A DNA stretch of 64,000 bases from Candidatus Oxydemutator sp. (GTDB lineage Bacteria > Pseudomonadota > Gammaproteobacteria > Poriferisulfidales > Oxydemutatoraceae): the NCBI GenBank assembly GCA_965203445.1, contig OZ241883.1, forward strand, positions 288,001-352,000. Reading direction: 5' to 3'. Under the pieces are notes generated by a model, which made no database searches, was not told where the DNA came from, and saw only the letters and a list, made by a program, of their open reading frames with translations. The translations under genes were made by a program, and so were the position numbers. The stretch's first letter is position 1. Each line of letters starts with the position of its first letter. This document shows positions 1 to 8,824 of this stretch, one piece after another.

Positions 1-1
1 C

Positions 2-559
2 AATCGCCACATTTTCGACCTGCAAAGCGACGTTCAGCACGCGATTTTGGAAAGCACCGGACTGTTTCTGATGGACGTCTACATATGGAACCGCACCAAT
101 CCGTCCAAAAGCCTGATGTTCGGCAGTTACCCTTTCCCGTGCAATTTTTACGCTCAGAACACCGTCGAGTTCATCACGGTTTACGTCAAGGACGGCAAAC
201 CAGAAAACGACGTTTCGCCGGCGGCCAAACGGGCCAGTCGTCTGTCCCAAAAAGAATGGCGCGAGTTCACGAAACAAATATGGGACTTGCCCATTCCCGG
301 CAGAAATGATCTCGCGTTCGGGAAACATCCGGCGCTCATGCCGGAGGAAATAGCGTATCGCTGCATACGCCTGTTTTCCTTCGTCGGCGACGTAGTCCTG
401 GATCCTTTCGCCGGCAGCGGCACAACCTTGAAAGTGGCGAAACAACTGCAAAGAAAATACGTCGGCTATGAAATATATTCCGCCTATCGCCGGATCATCG
501 AGCAGAAACTCGCCTCGGCGGATCAAACGGATTTCTTGTATGCAGAAGCTTATCAATAA
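2..559 (+). CDS. Site-specific DNA methyltransferase (N4/N6 beta class), 5'-truncated by window edge; probable M2-type partner of the adjacent MTase
   Basis: Frame is open from position 2. HPALMPEEIA and the SAM-binding motif VVLDPFAGSGTT lie near the C-terminus (beta-class order). The stop overlaps the next MTase start. Confidence 0.88.
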   Translation, partial: NRHIFDLQSDVQHAILESTGLFLMDVYIWNRTNPSKSLMFGSYPFPCNFYAQNTVEFITVYVKDGKPENDVSPAAKRASRLSQKEWREFTKQIWDLPIPGRNDLAFGKHPALMPEEIAYRCIRLFSFVGDVVLDPFAGSGTTLKVAKQLQRKYVGYEIYSAYRRIIEQKLASADQTDFLYAEAYQ

Positions 560-1322
560 GATAGTCCTCGACGATTGTTTTTCTTTTCTCGCGCGATTGC
601 CTGAGGATGCCATTGACCTCGCCGTCATAGATCCCCCTTACAACATGGGCAAGGGCAGTTGGGACTCTTTTCGCAACCAGGACAATTTTTTTGCGTTCAC
701 GGCAAAGTGGCTGGATGAACTACTGCCCAAGATGAAAACCACCGGGAGCCTGTATATATTCAACAATCCGTTTAACAGCGCCTATATTTTGCGGATGCTG
801 GTAGAACGCAACGTCGTGTTCAGAAATTGGATCACGTGGTATAAAAAAGACGGCCTCAGCGCGTCGAAGAACAAATATGTGACCAACCAGGAGACGATTT
901 TGTTCTTCACGATGGGCGAGAATTATTGTTTTAACGCGGATGACGTCCGGGAGCCGTATTTGTCCGGTGATCGCATGAAGCACGCGGCCAGGAAGGGCAT
1001 ATTGAAGAATGGAAAGAGGTGGTACCCCGATCCGAGAGGACGTTTGTGTGCCGACGTGTGGGAATTCTCGAGCCACCGCCACAAAACAAAAGTCAACGGG
1101 AAAATAATCAAGCCCGATCATCCGACGCCCAAACCGGAAGATCTGATAACGCGCATGGTGACCGCCAGCAGCGAACCGGACGACGTTGTGCTGGACATGT
1201 TCAGCGGCACCGGAACTACCGCGTTGGTTTGTAAGAGGTTGGGACGCCGGTTCGTCGGTTTTGAAAAAGACCCTGAGTACCATGCCCACTTGCAGAAAAG
1301 GTTGGAACGTGTTCTTGCATAA
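540..1322 (+). CDS. N6-adenine DNA methyltransferase, M1.MboII-like
   Basis: ATG at 540. Motifs AVIDPPYN, NWITWYKKDG, KGILKNGKRW, HPTPKP and VLDMFSGTGTT. Closely resembles M1.MboII as I recall it. Confidence 0.9.
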   Translation: MQKLINKIVLDDCFSFLARLPEDAIDLAVIDPPYNMGKGSWDSFRNQDNFFAFTAKWLDELLPKMKTTGSLYIFNNPFNSAYILRMLVERNVVFRNWITWYKKDGLSASKNKYVTNQETILFFTMGENYCFNADDVREPYLSGDRMKHAARKGILKNGKRWYPDPRGRLCADVWEFSSHRHKTKVNGKIIKPDHPTPKPEDLITRMVTASSEPDDVVLDMFSGTGTTALVCKRLGRRFVGFEKDPEYHAHLQKRLERVLA

Positions 1323-2685
1323 CCAGATAGAAGACCTGCCCAATTATCACGACGCTATCGGCGACCAGCTCGAAAAGGCGCGCAGGGTCGCTCTTGTCGT
1401 CTCTTACGTCCAACGGTCGGGCGTCGCCGCCTTGAAGAAACGTATGGCTGAAATCGGCGGCAATATCCGTCTGGTCTGTAGTTTCGATATGGAAATTACC
1501 GATCCGCTGGCCATCAAACAGTTGATGGACATGGGCGCAACGGTCAAGATTTATCAAGCGCAAAGAGGTACTTTACACGCCAAACTCTGGTTGTTTAAGA
1601 ATGTCGAGGGATATTGGAATTGCATAGTCGGTTCTGCCAATTTGTCCGCCCACGCGCTACACGATAACGTAGAAGCCGGCGTGTTGATAGCAGGCAAGGA
1701 TAATCGAGAAGCGGTCGGCGAGGCATTGAAGATATTTGATTTCCTATGGAACGGAGACAACTGCCGCGAACTGACGAACGAGGATATTGAAACGTGGATA
1801 CAAGAGCGGGATAAGAGGGAAAAAATAAAACTGCGTTCCCCAAGACCTTTGTCTCCTGATGAAGGCATGGTTGTTCTGGAAGATTTTGTCAAAAGCTGGA
1901 TTGACATTGGAGTCGACGCACCGGCAGGCGGTGAAAAAACGGGCATAAGGGGAAGGCTTTGGCGCGGTTGGTACATTATTCCCGACCAAGGCTACATTGA
2001 CGATGAGTTGATGGATCGCCTCCACGGGATTTGCAAAATCATCTCTTCCGAAGAAACGATTATGGATATTTCATCCGGCAGCAAAGACGGACGGTTTGGC
2101 GGCATTCTTGAGATAGTGGAGGGGAAGCTTATCCGTCCCAAACGCAAAATGGACTCACGCCAGTTGTTTGTCCGACAAGAAAAGAATTATTTGATTCGTC
2201 TTGGTTTCGCGGTTCATCCCGAAAAGTCGAACGGAAAACCGGATCGCAACGTGCTGAGACTGACGGAACACGGGAAAAGATTTTCTCTCGCGGCAAAGAT
2301 CAATGAAAAAAAGAAAAATTACACGGAAGCCATGCGGGAGTACTTGTACAACGGCCTGCCTTTGCTGCAATTTACATACGGGTTGCTGAAACGAACGAGA
2401 AGCGTGAGCTTTACGGAATTCAGTTTTTTTGCCAGCCATGCGTATTCTCTCGACGAACTCGATAGTATTGCCGGTCTCGTACATATTTATCGAAATCTTC
2501 CGCCTGAGTCCCGAAAGCGTTTCGAGGTGGACGTGGATGCATATTTCCATGAGAAGTTGGAACCCACCGCGACCAACGTCAGGGGAAACTACGACAAGAA
2601 AGTCAAACACACCATGTCGGCCCTCGGTTGGTGCGCGGGATTGCAGTTTGATTCCGCCGAAAAAGAATTGCGGTTGGCAGAGTGA
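1309..2685 (+). CDS. PLD (HKD)-family restriction endonuclease with C-terminal DNA-recognition domain
   Basis: LHAKLWLF...IVGSANLS...NVEAG PLD nuclease motif. Likely GTG start at 1309 overlaps the MTase stop. Low-GC block shared with the two MTases. Confidence 0.8.
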   Translation: MFLHNQIEDLPNYHDAIGDQLEKARRVALVVSYVQRSGVAALKKRMAEIGGNIRLVCSFDMEITDPLAIKQLMDMGATVKIYQAQRGTLHAKLWLFKNVEGYWNCIVGSANLSAHALHDNVEAGVLIAGKDNREAVGEALKIFDFLWNGDNCRELTNEDIETWIQERDKREKIKLRSPRPLSPDEGMVVLEDFVKSWIDIGVDAPAGGEKTGIRGRLWRGWYIIPDQGYIDDELMDRLHGICKIISSEETIMDISSGSKDGRFGGILEIVEGKLIRPKRKMDSRQLFVRQEKNYLIRLGFAVHPEKSNGKPDRNVLRLTEHGKRFSLAAKINEKKKNYTEAMREYLYNGLPLLQFTYGLLKRTRSVSFTEFSFFASHAYSLDELDSIAGLVHIYRNLPPESRKRFEVDVDAYFHEKLEPTATNVRGNYDKKVKHTMSALGWCAGLQFDSAEKELRLAE

Positions 2686-2726
2686 GGCGATGGGATCAGC
2701 ATCGGCGCCCTTCGCGGCGCGTCGCT

Positions 2727-3143
2727 TTACGTCTCGACGATCTCGTAGTCGTAGGTAACGGCGGCGGTTTTCTCGAGCATCTTCGACACCGACGAATGCT
2801 TTTCGGCGGAGGCGCGTACCGCCTTGCGCACCTCGTTCTCGTCCAGATCGCGTCCGCGCACGATGAAGTGGCCGTGGATGCGCGTGAACACCGCGGGTTC
2901 GGTTGCGGCGCGTTCGGCTTCGAGCGCGATCTCGACGCCGTGCACGTCCTGCCCGGCGCCTTTCAGCAGCTGCACGACGTCGAAACCGCTGCACCCGCCC
3001 AAGCCCATCAACACCATCTCCATCGGTCGCGGCGCCAGGTTGCGCCCGCCGGCCGCGGGCGCGCCGTCCATTGTGACGCTGTGGCCGGAACCGGACTCGC
3101 CGAGAAACGACACGCGCCCGGTCCATTTTACGTTTGCCTTCAT
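2727..3143 (-). CDS. OsmC/YhfA family protein
   Basis: MKANVKW...GESGSGH...PRPMEMVLMGLGGCSGFDVV. Start overlaps the trpC stop. Confidence 0.88.
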   Translation of the reverse strand: MKANVKWTGRVSFLGESGSGHSVTMDGAPAAGGRNLAPRPMEMVLMGLGGCSGFDVVQLLKGAGQDVHGVEIALEAERAATEPAVFTRIHGHFIVRGRDLDENEVRKAVRASAEKHSSVSKMLEKTAAVTYDYEIVET

Positions 3144-3958
3144 CGCGCCGCGTCCGCGAGCAGACTTTGCAGCTTCGCGCCCGGGTCGTCGGCCGTCATC
3201 AGCGTCTCGCCGATCAGGCAGGCGTGGATCGCGCCGTCGCGCAGGCGCCGCAGGTCGGCGCCACAACGGATGCCGCTCTCGGCGACGACGATCTTGTCGT
3301 CGGGGACGCCGGGTGCCATCCGCAGGCTGGTATCGAGGGACGTCTCGAAGGTCGTGAGATCGCGGTTATTGACGCCGATCAACTCGAGGTCGGCGCCGAG
3401 CGCCAGCGCGCGCCCGAGTTCGGTCTCGTCGTGCACTTCGGCGAGCACGTCCATGCCGAGCTCGATGGCCAGCGCGAACAACTCGCGCATCAATCCGTCG
3501 TCCGGCAGGGCGGCCGCGATCAACAACAGCGCGTCGGCGCCGAGCGCCTTGCTTTCGTAGATCTGGTACGGGTCCATGATGAAGTCCTTGCGCAGCACTG
3601 GCAGCGCGCAGTGGCGGCGCACGAGATCGAGGATCGCGCCCGAACCGCGGAAAAAGCGGGTATCGGTCACCACCGACACGCACGCGGCACCCGCCGCCTG
3701 GTAGCCGCGCGCGATTGCAATCGGATCAAACGACTCGCGCAGCGTCCCCTTGCTCGGCGACGCGCGCTTGATCTCGGCGATGACCGCGGTCTCCCTGCGC
3801 GACGCGCGGCTTTTGATGCTTTGCGCAAAACCGCGCGCGCCGGGTTGTTCGGCGGCAAGTTCGCGCAGTTGCGCAAGGCCGTGCCTGGCGCGCCGCTCGT
3901 CAATCTCCTCGCGCTTGTGGGCGAGAATGCGTTCGAGCATCGAAGGCTGGGCCGACAT
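3140..3958 (-). CDS. trpC: Indole-3-glycerol phosphate synthase
   Basis: VIAEIKRASPSKG, LRKDFIMDPYQI, GVNNRDL, VAESGI, LIGETLM; operon context. Confidence 0.97.
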   Translation of the reverse strand: MSAQPSMLERILAHKREEIDERRARHGLAQLRELAAEQPGARGFAQSIKSRASRRETAVIAEIKRASPSKGTLRESFDPIAIARGYQAAGAACVSVVTDTRFFRGSGAILDLVRRHCALPVLRKDFIMDPYQIYESKALGADALLLIAAALPDDGLMRELFALAIELGMDVLAEVHDETELGRALALGADLELIGVNNRDLTTFETSLDTSLRMAPGVPDDKIVVAESGIRCGADLRRLRDGAIHACLIGETLMTADDPGAKLQSLLADAAR

Positions 3959-3961
3959 CGC

Positions 3962-5011
3962 CTACGCCGCCAGTTCGCGGCTTGTCGCAACGAGCGCCTC
4001 GAGTTTGGCCGCGGCCGCGCCTTGTTGCAGCGCGCGGCGCGCCATCTCCGCGCCGGCGCGCAGATCGGGCGCGCGGCCGGCGACGTAGAGCGCGGCACCC
4101 GCGTTGGCGACGACGGCGTCGGTGGCGGCGCCCTGCTCGCCGGCGAGCACCGCGCGCAATCGCGCGAGGCCGTCGGCCACCGACGATACGCGCAGTTCGC
4201 CGGCGTCCGCGCGGCGCTGGCCGAAATCCTCGGGCGTCACCGTGTAGCGCCGGCGCTCGCCCTCGATCAGCTCAAACACCCGCGTCGGCGCCGCGCTGCT
4301 GATCTCGTCGAGGCCGTCGTCGGAATGCACCGTGAGCACGCGCCGCACGCCGGTGGCGGCGGCGGTCTCGGCCATCGGTTCGAGCCATTTGCGGTCGAAT
4401 ACCCCGATCACGCGGCAGCGCGCGCGCGCCGGGTTCAGCAACGGCCCCAGCAGATTGAAGATCGTGCGCGTGGCGACGGCTTTGCGCGCGGCGGCGACGT
4501 GCTTCATCGCCGGATGGAAGCACGGCGCAAACAGGAACGCGATGCCGGTGCGCGCGAGACATTCGGCGGCCCGGGGCGCGTCCAGTTCGAGCGTAACGCC
4601 GGCCGCCTCGAGCACGTCGGCGCTGCCGCTGGTACTCGAAACCGCGCGATTGCCGTGTTTGGCGACGCGCGCGCCGGCGCCGGCCGCGGCCAGCGCCGCG
4701 CCGGTCGAGACGTTGAAGGTGCCGGCGCCGTCGCCGCCGGTGCCGCAGGTGTCGAGCAGATCATCCGCCGGCACGTCCATGGTCACCGCAAATCGCATCA
4801 GCACGCGCACCGCCGCCGCAAGCTCGGCCGCGCTCTCGCCCTTGTCGCGCAGCGCCATGAGCAGGTCGCGCGCGCGCTCGACGTCGGCGTCGCCGGATAC
4901 CAGCGCGCGCATCGAAGCACTCATCGCGGCGTCGTCGAGGTCGCCGCCGCGCCCCAACGTTGCGACGGCCGCGGCAATCGGATCGGGCGCGTCGGACGGC
5001 TCAGGCGGCAT
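3962..5011 (-). CDS. trpD: Anthranilate phosphoribosyltransferase
   Basis: [43 protein letters not shown]. Confidence 0.97.
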   Translation of the reverse strand: MPPEPSDAPDPIAAAVATLGRGGDLDDAAMSASMRALVSGDADVERARDLLMALRDKGESAAELAAAVRVLMRFAVTMDVPADDLLDTCGTGGDGAGTFNVSTGAALAAAGAGARVAKHGNRAVSSTSGSADVLEAAGVTLELDAPRAAECLARTGIAFLFAPCFHPAMKHVAAARKAVATRTIFNLLGPLLNPARARCRVIGVFDRKWLEPMAETAAATGVRRVLTVHSDDGLDEISSAAPTRVFELIEGERRRYTVTPEDFGQRRADAGELRVSSVADGLARLRAVLAGEQGAATDAVVANAGAALYVAGRAPDLRAGAEMARRALQQGAAAAKLEALVATSRELAA

Positions 5012-5585
5012 CTTCGAGAAAATTGCGCAGCAGGTCGTGGCCGTGCGCGGTCAGAATGGATTCGGGATGAAACTGCACGCCGGCGACCGCGTGGTGCCTG
5101 TGGCGCACGCCCATGATCTCGCCGACGCCGCCGCCTTCTGATTGCGTCCACGCGCAAATCTCGAGACAGTCGGGCAGCGTATCCTTTTTTATCACCAGCG
5201 AATGGTAGCGCGTCGCCTCGAACGGGTCGCTAAGCGCGGTGAACACGCCTTTGCCGTCGTGGCGTATCATCGAGGTCTTGCCGTGCATGATCTCGCGCGC
5301 GTGGACGATGCGCCCGCCGAAGGCCTGGCCGATGGCCTGATGACCGAGGCACACGCCGAGGATCGGCACGCGCCCGGCGAACGCGCGGATCGTATCGAGC
5401 GACACGCCGGCCTCGTTCGGCGTGCACGGCCCCGGCGAGATGATGATGCGCTCCGGACGCAGCGCGGCGATGCCGTCGACGTCGACCTCGTCGTTGCGCA
5501 CGACGCGCACCTCGGAACCGAGTTCGCGCAGGTACTGCACCAGGTTGTAGGTGAACGAATCATAGTTGTCGATCATCAAAATCAT
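5001..5585 (-). CDS. trpG: Anthranilate synthase component II (glutamine amidotransferase)
   Basis: [36 protein letters not shown]. Confidence 0.96.
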   Translation of the reverse strand: MILMIDNYDSFTYNLVQYLRELGSEVRVVRNDEVDVDGIAALRPERIIISPGPCTPNEAGVSLDTIRAFAGRVPILGVCLGHQAIGQAFGGRIVHAREIMHGKTSMIRHDGKGVFTALSDPFEATRYHSLVIKKDTLPDCLEICAWTQSEGGGVGEIMGVRHRHHAVAGVQFHPESILTAHGHDLLRNFLEDAA

Positions 5586-5621
5586 CGTGCCAGTATCATC
5601 GTGCCAGTATCATCGCGCCGG
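5581..5621. repeat. 14-bp tandem repeat (ATCATCGTGCCAGT x2 plus a degenerate third copy) overlapping the trpG start
   Basis: Read directly: atcatcgtgccagt-atcatcgtgccagt-atcatcgcgccgg. Confidence 0.85.
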
Positions 5622-5662
5622 CCCGTGCCGATGGGGAACGCGGGGACAGACGTTCGATTGTA

Positions 5663-7135
5663 TCAAAGCAATTCGCCGGCGCCGGCGGCGGCCTCGAACA
5701 TCGCGCGCGCCTTGCTCATCGTCTCCTCCCATTCGCGTTCGGGCACCGAGTCATAGACCAGCCCGGCGCCGGCCTGCACGATCAGCGCGCCGTCGCGGAT
5801 GAGCGCGGTGCGGATTGCGATGGCGGTGTCCATCGCGCCGTTCCAGCCGATGTAGCCGATGGCGCCGCCGTACACGTTGCGCTTGACCGGTTCGAGTTCG
5901 GCGATGATCTCCAGCGCGCGGATTTTGGGCGCGCCCGACAGCGTTCCCGCCGGAAACGTCGCGCGCAGCGCGTCGAGCGGGCGCAAGCCGTCGGCGGCGA
6001 TGGCGGTGACGTTCGAGACGATGTGCATGACGTGGGAGTAGCGCTCGACGACCATCTTCTCGGTCACGCGCACGCTGCCGGTGCGCGCGACGCGCCCCAG
6101 GTCGTTGCGTCCGAGATCGATCAGCATCAGATGTTCGGCGAGCTCCTTGGCGTCCGCCAGCAGTTCGCGTTCCAGGCGCAGGTCCTCGTCGTGGTCGCGG
6201 CCGCGCCGGCGCGTGCCGGCAATCGGGCGCACCGTCAGCCGCCCGTGTTCGAGGCGCACCAATATCTCGGGCGACGAACCGGCTATGCGGAAGTCGTCGA
6301 GGTCGAGGTAATACAGGTACGGGGACGGATTCAGGCGCCGCAGCGCGCGGTAGAAGTTCAGGCCCGGATGACGGAAAGGCGCGCTCAGGCGCTGCGACAG
6401 CACGATCTGCATCGCGTCGCCGTCGGCGATGTAGCGGCGGCACTTGTCGACCGCGCGCACGAACGCGTCGCGCCCGAAGCTCGACACGAAGTCGCGCTCG
6501 CGCGGCGGCGGCGCGTCGCAGCGGCGCGCTTGCGGCAGCGGCGCGCGCAGGCGTCGTTCGAGTTCGGCGACGTCGTCGCAGGCCTCGTCGTAGCCGTCGG
6601 CCCGCGAGGTGTCGGCGAGCGCGATCAGCGACAGCGTCCCGCGCAGGTTGTCAAACACGACGACGCGCTCGGACACCAACAGCAGAATATCGGGAATGCC
6701 GAGTTCGTCGGGGGGGCTTGCGCCGGCCAGGCGCGGCTCGATATAGCCGACGGTCTCGTAGCCGAAGTAGCCGACGAGACCGCCGATGAAGCGCGGCAGA
6801 CCGTCTATTTGCGGCACTCGAAACGCGGCCGCGTAGTCCGCGATCCAGGCGAGCGGGTCGCCGCCGTCGTGGCGTTGCTCGACGTGCCCGTCGCAGTGGA
6901 CGCTGACGCGCCCGCCGCTGACGCGGACGTGCCTGCGACAAGCCGCGCCGATGATCGAATAACGCCCCCAGTGCTCGCCGCCGCTGACCGATTCGAGCAG
7001 GTAGGTGTACGCGCAGTCGGCCAGTTTGCGATAGACGCCGACGGGCGTGTCGAGATCGGCCGCGACCTCGCGCACCAGCGGCACGTGCGTGTAGCCGCGT
7101 CGCGCCAGACGCCGGTATTCGTCGCGCGTGATCAT
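5663..7135 (-). CDS. trpE: Anthranilate synthase component I
   Basis: Start MITRDEY at 7135. LLESVSGGEHWGRYS, NPSPY, SSPEIL, KELAEHLMLIDLGRND, FPAGTLSGAPK. Confidence 0.96.
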   Translation of the reverse strand: MITRDEYRRLARRGYTHVPLVREVAADLDTPVGVYRKLADCAYTYLLESVSGGEHWGRYSIIGAACRRHVRVSGGRVSVHCDGHVEQRHDGGDPLAWIADYAAAFRVPQIDGLPRFIGGLVGYFGYETVGYIEPRLAGASPPDELGIPDILLLVSERVVVFDNLRGTLSLIALADTSRADGYDEACDDVAELERRLRAPLPQARRCDAPPPRERDFVSSFGRDAFVRAVDKCRRYIADGDAMQIVLSQRLSAPFRHPGLNFYRALRRLNPSPYLYYLDLDDFRIAGSSPEILVRLEHGRLTVRPIAGTRRRGRDHDEDLRLERELLADAKELAEHLMLIDLGRNDLGRVARTGSVRVTEKMVVERYSHVMHIVSNVTAIAADGLRPLDALRATFPAGTLSGAPKIRALEIIAELEPVKRNVYGGAIGYIGWNGAMDTAIAIRTALIRDGALIVQAGAGLVYDSVPEREWEETMSKARAMFEAAAGAGELL

Positions 7136-7143
7136 CGCGCGCT

Positions 7144-7809
7144 TCAGGCCGCGGCCAGCGCCGCGCGTAAATCCGAGATCGCGCGGCGGCGATCGCGGGC
7201 GCCGAACACCGCGGAACCGGCGACGAAGGTGTCGGCGCCGGCGGCCTTGATGCGGGCGACGTTGCCGGCGCAAACGCCGCCGTCCACTTCCAGGCGAACG
7301 TCGCGTCCGCTTTCGTCTATCCACTCCCGCACGCGGCGAATCTTGTCCAACGTCGCCGGAATAAATTGCTGGCCGCCAAAGCCGGGGTTGACCGACATCA
7401 GCAATATCACGTCGAGCCGTTCCAGCACCCGGCGCAGGCAGTCGGGCGGCGTCGCCGGGTTCAGCGCAAGCCCGCCGCGGCAGTGCCTGGCGCGGATCAG
7501 TTGCAGGCTGCGATCGACGTGCTCGCTGGCTTCCGGGTGAAACGTCACGTACGAGGCGCCGGCGTCGGCGAACTCCGCGATCAGGCGATCCACCGGCGTG
7601 ACCATCAGGTGCACGTCTATCGGCGCGTCTATGCCGTAGTCGCGCAGCGCGCGGCACACCATCGGCCCGAACGTCAGGTTGGGCACGTAGTGGTTGTCCA
7701 TCACGTCGAAGTGGATCATGTCGGCGCCGGCGTCGAGCACGGTGCGCACCTCCTCGCCGAGGCGCGCAAAGTCGGCGGACAGGATCGAGGGACAGATCAG
7801 GTCTTTCAT
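7144..7809 (-). CDS. rpe: Ribulose-phosphate 3-epimerase
   Basis: [39 protein letters not shown]. Confidence 0.97.
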   Translation of the reverse strand: MKDLICPSILSADFARLGEEVRTVLDAGADMIHFDVMDNHYVPNLTFGPMVCRALRDYGIDAPIDVHLMVTPVDRLIAEFADAGASYVTFHPEASEHVDRSLQLIRARHCRGGLALNPATPPDCLRRVLERLDVILLMSVNPGFGGQQFIPATLDKIRRVREWIDESGRDVRLEVDGGVCAGNVARIKAAGADTFVAGSAVFGARDRRRAISDLRAALAAA

Positions 7810-8778
7810 CTACCGTTTGCGAAGAAGCTTGTGTATCCGATATTTGCAGTAGTCGAGCCGGTCGTGCAAGCCCCGGCGCACGCCGCCGCGTTCGCGGTAG
7901 CTCGGAAACCGCAGATGGCGCGAGGACGCGGCGCCTCGGATGATCTTGCGCGTCGTAAAAATGCGTTCAAAGCGCGCGAATATCGCGTCGTCGGTCAGGT
8001 AATCCAAGTCGCGGTTGTCGCGCAGGCGAGGTTCGGACAGACACGCCGCGTAGAGATCCTCGGATCGGTCCATTTCGGCGACTCTCTCCACCACCTCGTC
8101 GAAATTGTCGAAATCGTGGCAGTTGACGAAGGACTGGGGGTTGAACTCAAGGCCGATGAGCGGGTTGCCCCAGTATATCGGTATCGTGTCGGCGACCATC
8201 GCGTCGCAGATCTTCTCCGAAGTATAGCCGGGGTAGGAGGCGTTTTCAAAAATTATTGAAAACTTGTACGCCGACATGAAGTCCATCTTCGCCCGCGAGG
8301 TCGGCAGGCCGAAGCCGACGTTGTTGCGAAATCTTCCCGCGCTGTCCACGCGCTTGTAGGCGGAGAGCCTCGCAAAGAAAAAATTCCTCGCCGCGGGTTT
8401 CGGGTTGGCGTAGATGAAGTTGCAGAACTTGTCCTTGGCCGCCATCAGCGCGTCCACGTCTCGCGGCGACTTCAGCTCTTCGTAGCGGTTGCGTCCCCAA
8501 CGATAGGCGGGCAGCCTGTAGTTGCGCCGGGTTATCGGATAGTCGAAACCGAAGGCGTAGTCGCATTCCGAGAAATCGGGGCGCACGTTTTCCGCGGTGC
8601 AGAAGATGCGCACGCAGTCGTACGCCAGATAATCCTTGCCGAACGTCGAATAGAACAGGAAATCCGGCTTGTCGGAGATCTCGAGGTCGAACCTTTTCGA
8701 CAACAGCAGAAAAAACGGATTGTTGCGGGCGTTTGCCCCCGGCCAGAAGTCGCTGAAGTGAACCTTGAGGCTTTCCAT
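7810..8778 (-). CDS. Glycosyltransferase family 10 (alpha-1,3/4-fucosyltransferase-like)
   Basis: GT10 signature YKFSIIFENASYPGYTSEKICDA...IPIYWG; also KFCNFIYAN and VDSAG. Confidence 0.88.
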   Translation of the reverse strand: MESLKVHFSDFWPGANARNNPFFLLLSKRFDLEISDKPDFLFYSTFGKDYLAYDCVRIFCTAENVRPDFSECDYAFGFDYPITRRNYRLPAYRWGRNRYEELKSPRDVDALMAAKDKFCNFIYANPKPAARNFFFARLSAYKRVDSAGRFRNNVGFGLPTSRAKMDFMSAYKFSIIFENASYPGYTSEKICDAMVADTIPIYWGNPLIGLEFNPQSFVNCHDFDNFDEVVERVAEMDRSEDLYAACLSEPRLRDNRDLDYLTDDAIFARFERIFTTRKIIRGAASSRHLRFPSYRERGGVRRGLHDRLDYCKYRIHKLLRKR

Positions 8779-8824
8779 GGGGCATCCTCCCGCGTGATCG
8801 GCGTGGTTGGCCGGGCGGGGTGGG

